Shown piece after piece: positions 34,321 through 40,921 of a stretch of DNA of 40,921 nt. How positions within the stretch are numbered: position 1 is the stretch's first letter; each line of letters begins with the position of its first letter. A program made the translations under genes and the position numbers. The DNA is from Candidatus Magasanikbacteria bacterium RIFOXYC2_FULL_40_16 (GTDB lineage: Bacteria > Patescibacteriota > Patescibacteriia > Magasanikbacterales > UBA922), in assembly GCA_001783185.1 (NCBI GenBank), contig MFQY01000042.1, positions 553 through 41,473 on the forward strand, given 5' to 3'. The notes beneath the pieces are model-generated. The model did not search any database and had not been told where the DNA came from. It was given only the letters and a program-made list of their open reading frames with translations.

Positions 34321-36855
34321 TTATTTTTTCTTTTTCTTTTTGGCTTTCTTTTCTTCAATCAATCTAAGTGCCAGCTCAAGCGTCATTTCCTCTGGCTGGG
34401 TGTCTTTTGGTATGGGAGCAAAAGTTCTCGTACCGTTTGAGATATAAGGTCCGTAAGGTCCATCAAGCACTTGTATCGATTTTTTAGTTTTCGGGTCTTC
34501 ACCTAATTCTTTTAAGATTGAAGCTTTTTTTCTGGTTCGGGTTTTCTTTTCCTGGGCGTAGAGTTCTTTAGCTTCTTCCAGTGTTATCGTCAATATATCT
34601 TTATCTTTTGGTATGGATCGGTAGTCTTCACCTTTTTTAAGGTATGGGCCGAAACGGCCTACGCTGGCGGTAATTTTTCCCCCGTCAATTTCCCCGATGT
34701 TTAGAGGGAACGAAATGATTTTTTTTGCCTGTTCCGCGTTTATATTATCAATATTAACACTGGCTCCAATGGGGAGTTTTTTTGGCCCATAAGTTAAGGA
34801 TACTTTTTTGGCTTTTTTCTTTTCATCATCTTCTCCCAGTTGTAAATAAGGGCCGAATCGTCCGGTTCTTTGGGTTATATCTTTTCCGGTGGCCTCATCA
34901 GTGTAAATCACTTGTGGTCCGGATGGTTTTGACAGCAATTCCATGGCTGATTCTATATTTAAATCCGCCGGCGCCAGTGAATCGGACAGGGAACAAGTAT
35001 TATTTTCGCCACCCGCTCCTCTTTGCAAGTAAGGACCATACTTACCTGATCTGATGATTATTTCCTGATTGGTATTTTTGTCTTTGCCGACCACGATATC
35101 GGGATAGGTCTCATCTTGTGAGGCTTTTTCAATATGGCTGTGAAATTTTTCTTTATAAAATTCTTTTATATAAGGATGCCATTTTTCTTTTCCAATGGCA
35201 ATTTTATCCAAGTCATCCTCCATTTTAGAAGTAAAATTTACATTGACAAGATTGTCAAAATATTTTTGCAGATAATAATCAACAATCATGGCGGTATATG
35301 TCGGAATTAAAGCGTTATTGATTTTTATGACATAATCTCTTTCAACAATTGTGTCTAAGATTGTCGCGTAAGTTGAAGGGCGTCCGACACCTTCGGATTC
35401 CAATTTTTTGATTAAAGACGCTTCTGTATATCTTGCCGGAGGTTGAGTGATGTGTCCGTCAGGCTTAACCGATTGCGCTTCCACAACTTGTTTTTCTTTC
35501 AGGTTTGGCAGGGTGATTTCTTGGTTTTCCAATTGCGCTTCCGGATCGTCGCTTCCTTCCACATAAGCGCGTAGATATCCGGCAAATTCAATTTTTTTGC
35601 CTTTAGCTTCAAAAATCGCTTTTTCCACTTCTATTTTTACATTTAAACTTATCATCTGGGCGCTTTTCATTTGTGAAGCCACGGTTCTTTTCCAGATTAA
35701 ATCGTATAACGCGCTTTCTCCGCCGTCCACTTCTTTTTGTACCTGGCTAGGATGTTTGAAAATACTGCCGGCCGGACGAATTGCTTCGTGGGCTTCTTGG
35801 GCAAGTTTTGATTTTGATTGATAATTTTTTATTTCTTCGCTGACATATTCTTTGCCGAATTCCGCGGCCGCTTCTCGAGCGGCGTTGATTGCTTGTGAGG
35901 AAAGACTTACAGAATCGGTGCGCATGTAAGTTATATAACCATTTTCATAAAGAGATTGAGCGGTTCGCATAGTTTGTTTCGCGCTCCAACCTAATTTTCT
36001 ATGCGCTTCTTGTTGTAAAGTGGAGGTAATAAAAGGCGGGTAGGGGTGGGTCTGATAAGGCTTTTCGCTGATTTCAGAAATAGTCCACGGCTTGGATGTC
36101 AAAAGTTTTTCTGCCAATTCTTTAGCTTGTTTTTCACCCAGTAAAATAAAATTTTCCGGTTTTTTTAGTTTTCCGTTATCTGAATCAAAGTCTTTGCCGG
36201 CGGGAATCGGTTTAGTCTCGTATTCAGTTAATTTTGCTTCAAATTTTTCATTACTGGAAGACAAAATCGCCAACAAATCAAAGTACTCGCTGGATTTGAA
36301 TTTTGCTCTTTCCAATTCTTTTTCCACGATTAAATGCACGGCTACCGATTGCACTCTTCCTGCGGATAATCCGTATCTGACTTTTTTCCATAAAAGGGGG
36401 GACAATTCGTAGCCGACAAGCCTGTCTAAAACACGGCGCGCCTGTTGCGCGTCCACCAGGTTTATATCAAGTCCACGCGGGTTTTTAATGGCGTCTTCTA
36501 TCGCGGTTTTGGTGATTTCATGAAATACCAGCCGTTTCACTTTTTCCGGTTTTATTTTTAGAAGCTCCGCCAGGTGCCATGAAATCGCTTCTCCTTCGCG
36601 GTCCTCATCAGTCGCGAATAGGATTTCATCGGCGTCTTTGGCTAGTTTTTTAAGTTCTGCGACTTTTTTCTTTTTCCCGCTCGGTATTTCATACATCGGT
36701 TCAAAAGTGCCGTCTTCTATATTTATGCCCATAGAGCTTTTTGGCAGATCTCGGACATGCCCAAAAGAAGACTCCACTTTGAAGCCGTTTCCCAGGAATT
36801 TTGTGATGGTTTTAGCCTTTGTCGGGCTCTCCACGATTACGAGTTTGTTTGCCAT
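34321..36855 (-). CDS. topA: DNA topoisomerase I with Topo_C-type repeats and basic tail
   Basis: LVIVESPTKAK, ATDEDREGEAI, SAGRVQS, ITYMRTDS, GRPSTYA; repeated GRFGPY. Confidence 0.97.
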   Translation of the reverse strand: MANKLVIVESPTKAKTITKFLGNGFKVESSFGHVRDLPKSSMGINIEDGTFEPMYEIPSGKKKKVAELKKLAKDADEILFATDEDREGEAISWHLAELLKIKPEKVKRLVFHEITKTAIEDAIKNPRGLDINLVDAQQARRVLDRLVGYELSPLLWKKVRYGLSAGRVQSVAVHLIVEKELERAKFKSSEYFDLLAILSSSNEKFEAKLTEYETKPIPAGKDFDSDNGKLKKPENFILLGEKQAKELAEKLLTSKPWTISEISEKPYQTHPYPPFITSTLQQEAHRKLGWSAKQTMRTAQSLYENGYITYMRTDSVSLSSQAINAAREAAAEFGKEYVSEEIKNYQSKSKLAQEAHEAIRPAGSIFKHPSQVQKEVDGGESALYDLIWKRTVASQMKSAQMISLNVKIEVEKAIFEAKGKKIEFAGYLRAYVEGSDDPEAQLENQEITLPNLKEKQVVEAQSVKPDGHITQPPARYTEASLIKKLESEGVGRPSTYATILDTIVERDYVIKINNALIPTYTAMIVDYYLQKYFDNLVNVNFTSKMEDDLDKIAIGKEKWHPYIKEFYKEKFHSHIEKASQDETYPDIVVGKDKNTNQEIIIRSGKYGPYLQRGAGGENNTCSLSDSLAPADLNIESAMELLSKPSGPQVIYTDEATGKDITQRTGRFGPYLQLGEDDEKKKAKKVSLTYGPKKLPIGASVNIDNINAEQAKKIISFPLNIGEIDGGKITASVGRFGPYLKKGEDYRSIPKDKDILTITLEEAKELYAQEKKTRTRKKASILKELGEDPKTKKSIQVLDGPYGPYISNGTRTFAPIPKDTQPEEMTLELALRLIEEKKAKKKKKK

Positions 36856-36879
36856 AGATAATTGGTTCAGTCTAGCTGA

Positions 36880-38328
36880 TTATTTGATTTTTGTCAACCC
36901 CGCCTTCTGCGGGACAAGCCCTCGCCATGTTGCGGACAACATTGGTCTGATTTCTCCGCTTAAAAATATTGAACCGGTGATAAGTAGTATATCATTTTTT
37001 TTGATTTTTTTCATGGACCACGCCAGCGCGTCTTTGGGTTGGAGAAAAATTTCCGATTGTTTTTGCAGATTATTTTTTGCGAATTCTTTTTTTATGGTTG
37101 CCGGGTTGGCGGTTTTACGAAAGAGATTGGCGGTATTTCTGGTGATGGAAATTGATTTTGGCTTTAATTCTGATAAGGTCATAACCATTTTACTCCATTT
37201 TTTATTATCGGAAAAGCCAACCAAGATATGCACACCCCTTTTTTCTTTTTTAACCAATTCTTTAATAAAATTGGCGGTGGAATTAATTTTATCTTCATTA
37301 TGCGCGCCGTCCAAGATAATTTTATTATGAAATAATTCCAGACGCATTATTTGTTTGGTATTTAGCAGGGCTTTTTTTATAATAGAATTTTTTATGTTCA
37401 AGGATTGGGCTATTTCAATGGCGAGAATTGCATTTTCTATCTGATGTCTGCCTGGAGCCTTTATTTGATATTTTTCATTTTTATACTTAAAAGTACTGCC
37501 GTTTAATCCGTAATCCGTCCCGACCGCGGTCGAGTCCCGACCGCGGTCGAGTCCCGACCGCGGTCGATGATCCTCGATTGTCGCAAATCGGGAGATCCTC
37601 GATTGTCGCAAATCGGGATAATCCGTAATTTTGTTTAATTCTGTTTTTTGTTTTTTCGCTTCCGCCTCTATTATCTTTAATATTTTTTTATCTTTTTCCG
37701 CAGTAAATACTTTACAGCCGGTTTTGATGATGCCGGCTTTTTCGCGGGCGATATCCGCTTTTGTCGGGCCGATAAGTTCTTCGTGATCCAGACCGACATT
37801 CGTGATAATCGCTATATCGGTTTTAGGTATGACATTGGTTGAATCAAAACGACCGCCACAGCCCGCTTCTATTACCGCCCATTCAACTTTATTTTGGGCA
37901 AAATAGAGCAGACCGATGGCGGTCAGAATTTCTGAATAGGAGATTATACTATAGCGGCCGATTCGGATGTGTTTTTCCAAAGCGATTTTTATTTTATTTA
38001 TTATATCGACAAATTCTTTATTGGACATTTTTTGAGCGCCGATTTTCCAACGCTCGGTTATTTTGGTCGGGTGGGGGGATTGCATACTTCCCGTCTTATT
38101 TCCGGCTGTTTCTAGAATGGAATGAAGAAAAGCCGTCATGGAGCCTTTCCCACTGGTGCCGGTTATATGTATATAGTGTGGTATTTTATTTTGTGGATTT
38201 CCCAATATTCCCAAAAAATAATTCAGCCTGTCTAAGCATAGCCGGGAGCGTTTGGTTCCAGGCGATGATTCTTTAAGGGAGATATTTATAAGTGAAATTA
38301 AAAATTGTTCGGCTTCTTTAAAATTCAT
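36880..38328 (-). CDS. folC: Folylpolyglutamate synthase/dihydrofolate synthase with 34-aa repeat-derived insert
   Basis: HITGTSGKGS, EAGCGGRFDSTN, GLDH, IAREKAGIIK, LDGAHN, TGSIFL. Confidence 0.88.
   Translation of the reverse strand: MNFKEAEQFLISLINISLKESSPGTKRSRLCLDRLNYFLGILGNPQNKIPHYIHITGTSGKGSMTAFLHSILETAGNKTGSMQSPHPTKITERWKIGAQKMSNKEFVDIINKIKIALEKHIRIGRYSIISYSEILTAIGLLYFAQNKVEWAVIEAGCGGRFDSTNVIPKTDIAIITNVGLDHEELIGPTKADIAREKAGIIKTGCKVFTAEKDKKILKIIEAEAKKQKTELNKITDYPDLRQSRISRFATIEDHRPRSGLDRGRDSTAVGTDYGLNGSTFKYKNEKYQIKAPGRHQIENAILAIEIAQSLNIKNSIIKKALLNTKQIMRLELFHNKIILDGAHNEDKINSTANFIKELVKKEKRGVHILVGFSDNKKWSKMVMTLSELKPKSISITRNTANLFRKTANPATIKKEFAKNNLQKQSEIFLQPKDALAWSMKKIKKNDILLITGSIFLSGEIRPMLSATWRGLVPQKAGLTKIK
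37517..37618. repeat. 102-bp in-frame insertion: 3x17-bp plus 2x25-bp palindromic units
   Basis: (GTCCCGACCGCGGTCGA)x3 T (GATCCTCGATTGTCGCAAATCGGGA)x2, with TAATCCG on both sides. Confidence 0.9.
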
Positions 38329-38331
38329 ATT

Positions 38332-39420
38332 TTAAGCGCATAAAACAAACATCATTGAACCAAGGTTTTTTATCTTACCAGATAATTCCAATAATGCAAG
38401 CGATCCGCTTACGGCGTTACCGGGTAGACCGCTTTTTTTGACAATCTCGTCTATGTGTATCGGTTCCTGGGATAATATTGAAAGAATTGTTTGTTCGGCG
38501 TCATTGGTCTGCCCATTCACAGGCTGACTGGTTATACGTATTTTTTTAAGGTTATTTGGGATGTTTAGCACACTTATTATATCTTCCGCCTCTGTGGTTA
38601 GATGACAGCCTGTTTTTAATAGTTTATTTACGCCAGTTGAGTTGGGAGAGGTGATATTTTGTGGAATGGCAAACACCTCGCGGCCGTCGTCAAGAGCGCA
38701 TTGAGCGGTTATAAGAGCGCCTGATTTTTCCGCGCCTTCTATTACCAAAGTGCCTAAGCTCATGCCGGCGACGATGCGGTTTCTTTCCGGAAAAGTATGG
38801 CGGTCAGGTTCGGTCCCGGGGGGATATTCTGATATTAGAGCTCCGCCGGATTCAATGATTTTTTCCGATAAATGTTTGTGACAATCGGGATAAACATTAT
38901 TTTTGTTTATTCCGCAACCCAGCACGGCGATTGTTCTTCCGCCGGCTTCAAGCGCCGATGAATGGGCGATGCCGTCAATCCCGAGCGCCAGTCCGCTGAT
39001 AATTGTTAAACCGGCTCCGGATAACTTAAATGCCAAATTTTGCGCGATTTGTTTTCCGTAGGGGCTGTATTTTCTTGGTCCGACAATCGCCAGCGGGTAA
39101 TTGATTTTTTCCAAATTTCCTCTGACAAATAAGCAGAATGGCGGATCATATATTTCTTTTAAAAGCGGGGGATAATCATCATCATCTCGCGTTATACAGC
39201 GGATTTGTTCAGCTTCAAGTGTTTGCAGTATTTTTTCTTCACTAACATCTTTTCTCCATTTTAAAAAATCATTTATCGTGTTATCGCGCCAGTTAAGTTT
39301 TTTTAAGTCTTCAAATTCCGTTTGCCAGACATTTTCTAAATTATAAAACGCTCCCAATAAATCTTGGTAGCGTTTGATGTTCATTTTAGGATAATGGGCG
39401 AGCAGAATTTCTTTTTTCAT
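38332..39420 (-). CDS. dprA: DNA processing protein DprA
   Basis: YPPLLKEIYDPP, AIVGPR, ISGLALGIDGIAH, FPERNRIVAG, SGALITA; C-terminal winged helix. Confidence 0.95.
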   Translation of the reverse strand: MKKEILLAHYPKMNIKRYQDLLGAFYNLENVWQTEFEDLKKLNWRDNTINDFLKWRKDVSEEKILQTLEAEQIRCITRDDDDYPPLLKEIYDPPFCLFVRGNLEKINYPLAIVGPRKYSPYGKQIAQNLAFKLSGAGLTIISGLALGIDGIAHSSALEAGGRTIAVLGCGINKNNVYPDCHKHLSEKIIESGGALISEYPPGTEPDRHTFPERNRIVAGMSLGTLVIEGAEKSGALITAQCALDDGREVFAIPQNITSPNSTGVNKLLKTGCHLTTEAEDIISVLNIPNNLKKIRITSQPVNGQTNDAEQTILSILSQEPIHIDEIVKKSGLPGNAVSGSLALLELSGKIKNLGSMMFVLCA

Positions 39421-39429
39421 ACGCCTGAT

Positions 39430-39972
39430 TTATAACAAACGGAGGACTTCTTCTTTGGCGGAGACTAGCGTTTTTTCCAAAGTTCTTTTTTCAAATAAGC
39501 CGAATTTGTCTAAAACAAATTTAGAAATATTTTTCATTTTTTTTTCGTTGGCGGACGCGATGCCGACCCGCACCCTGTGAAAATTCTGGCTTTTAATATA
39601 TTCCATAATTGATTTAACTCCGTTATGTCCGGCAGGCCCGCGGTCCAGTTGGGATTTTATCTGCCCCAGCGGTAAATCTTTATCATCGTGGACGACGATA
39701 ATATCCCGGCTGGTTATCTTGTAAAAATGAGCGATAAGCTGGACAGCTTGCCCCGATTGATTCATATAAGTCATCGGTCTCGCGAGAATTATTTTTTCGC
39801 CATTGATAACACATCCGCATATTTCCGCATTGAATTTTTTGCTTAGCTCCCAAGATTTGGCGCCGTATTTTTCCAATTCTTTTTTTAAGCAATCCAAAAC
39901 CATGAAGCCGACATTGTGGCGGGTTTTTTCATATTTTTTTCCCGGATTGCCTAATCCCACAACCAATTTCAT
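39430..39972 (-). CDS. pth: Peptidyl-tRNA hydrolase
   Basis: VGLGNPG..Y..TRHNVGF, PMTYMNQSG, VHDD.DL, GHNGVKS. Confidence 0.97.
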   Translation of the reverse strand: MKLVVGLGNPGKKYEKTRHNVGFMVLDCLKKELEKYGAKSWELSKKFNAEICGCVINGEKIILARPMTYMNQSGQAVQLIAHFYKITSRDIIVVHDDKDLPLGQIKSQLDRGPAGHNGVKSIMEYIKSQNFHRVRVGIASANEKKMKNISKFVLDKFGLFEKRTLEKTLVSAKEEVLRLL

Positions 39973-40047
39973 ATATTTTTATTAAATTTAATTTATATTT
40001 TTATTTATGTTTTACTATTGGCTCTGAACTATGAACTATTGGCTATT

Positions 40048-40921
40048 TTACCTTTTCATCTTCTTTAATCTTATTATAATTGGCGAAGCGAAAAAATCAA
40101 ACTGCTCGCGGAATTTATTTTTTATAAAGTTGACATAAGAATAATGCAGAGAAGTTCGGTATTTAATCGCCAGTTCAATCACGGGCGGGTTTATGTTGAT
40201 TTGCCTGATGCCCATAATTTTAGGATTTCGACTGCCTTTATCGCGGGACGGCTGGTGTTTGCTGACTACCTCTTTCAAAAAGTATTCCAGCGTTTTTACG
40301 GGGATTTCCGTGTGGCGCGCTTGCCATGCCCTTATGAGTGTAGGCATTATTTTATGAATTCCATATCCGGTTTTTCCACTGACAAAAATTATCGGCGCAA
40401 AATCCAGGTGAGGGAAGTATGAATAAACCATTTTTTCCACGAGATGGCGTTTGGTGTCGCTGTTGTCTTCAGACAAATCCCACTTGTTTACCAATAATAT
40501 TACGCTTTTAGCTCTTTTTTCCAGTAGGCCGCCAAGTTGCATATCTTGGCTGGATATTATTTCATTTCCATCAATCACAAAAAGGATAATGTCGCTTTTT
40601 TCGGCAATGTCTATGCTTTTTTGGATTCCCGCCCGCTCCAATTCTCCGGAAACTTTTGTTTTGCGTCTGATGCCGGCGGTATCAACAAAGGTTATATTTT
40701 GGACGGCGTCTTTTTTACCAACCTTATATTTATAAACAACATTGGTATCAAAAGGTTCACGGGTAGTGTGAGGCAATTCGTTGACGATAACCCTGTCTTC
40801 GCCGATTATTTTATTAAAGATTGAAGATTTGCCGGCGTTTGGTTTGCCAATTAAGCTGACTCTGATAGACTGATAGTCCTTTTGAACCTTTGGTCTTTTT
40901 TTGGCTTTTTGCAAAATATTA
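40048..40921 (-). CDS. der: Ribosome biogenesis GTPase Der/EngA, C-terminal part (5' end outside window)
   Basis: Second G domain GKPNAGKSS, DTAGIRR, NKWD, then KH-like domain with NPP and F.F...PI. Confidence 0.88.
   Translation of the reverse strand, partial: NILQKAKKRPKVQKDYQSIRVSLIGKPNAGKSSIFNKIIGEDRVIVNELPHTTREPFDTNVVYKYKVGKKDAVQNITFVDTAGIRRKTKVSGELERAGIQKSIDIAEKSDIILFVIDGNEIISSQDMQLGGLLEKRAKSVILLVNKWDLSEDNSDTKRHLVEKMVYSYFPHLDFAPIIFVSGKTGYGIHKIMPTLIRAWQARHTEIPVKTLEYFLKEVVSKHQPSRDKGSRNPKIMGIRQININPPVIELAIKYRTSLHYSYVNFIKNKFREQFDFFASPIIIRLKKMKR

Noticed and set aside
36638-37330. 230-aa plus-strand ORF and other antisense ORFs in the track
   Set aside because: Antisense shadows of well-supported genes with no recognisable motifs

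Overview
AT-rich bacterial window that looks like Patescibacteria/CPR. This is inferred from a 16S gene unlinked from 23S, a 515F-site mismatch, an expanded 16S V1 helix, no rpmD/L30 in the spc cluster, and AT-rich starts lacking Shine-Dalgarno (SD) motifs. Gene content is mostly housekeeping: trmD, a HAD hydrolase, a Nudix hydrolase, 16S rRNA, tuf-rpsJ, the S10/spc ribosomal protein cluster through secY-adk-map, ruvX, recO, asnS, aspS, scpAB, a DD-carboxypeptidase, tRNA-Leu(CAA), parAB, rel, topA, folC, dprA, pth and the 3' part of der. The unusual part is the non-coding and inserted DNA. (1) A family of homologous spacers of about 85-110 bp sits before six genes of the ribosomal protein cluster, plus a 3' remnant before a seventh; in six of the seven the conserved ATGACA lies exactly 18 nt before the start codon. 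(2) A small GIY-YIG nuclease gene lies between an intact tRNA-Leu and a duplicated 5' half of that tRNA; the duplicate is split by three short hairpin insertions and retains a perfect sigma70 promoter. (3) Short palindromes and 7-9-mer arrays sit in frame inside conserved genes (trmD, rplC, rplV, map, aspS, folC) or form paired arms in spacers. (4) A candidate stand-alone structured ncRNA of about 140 nt follows the 16S gene. All calls come from reading the sequence; no database searches were run.
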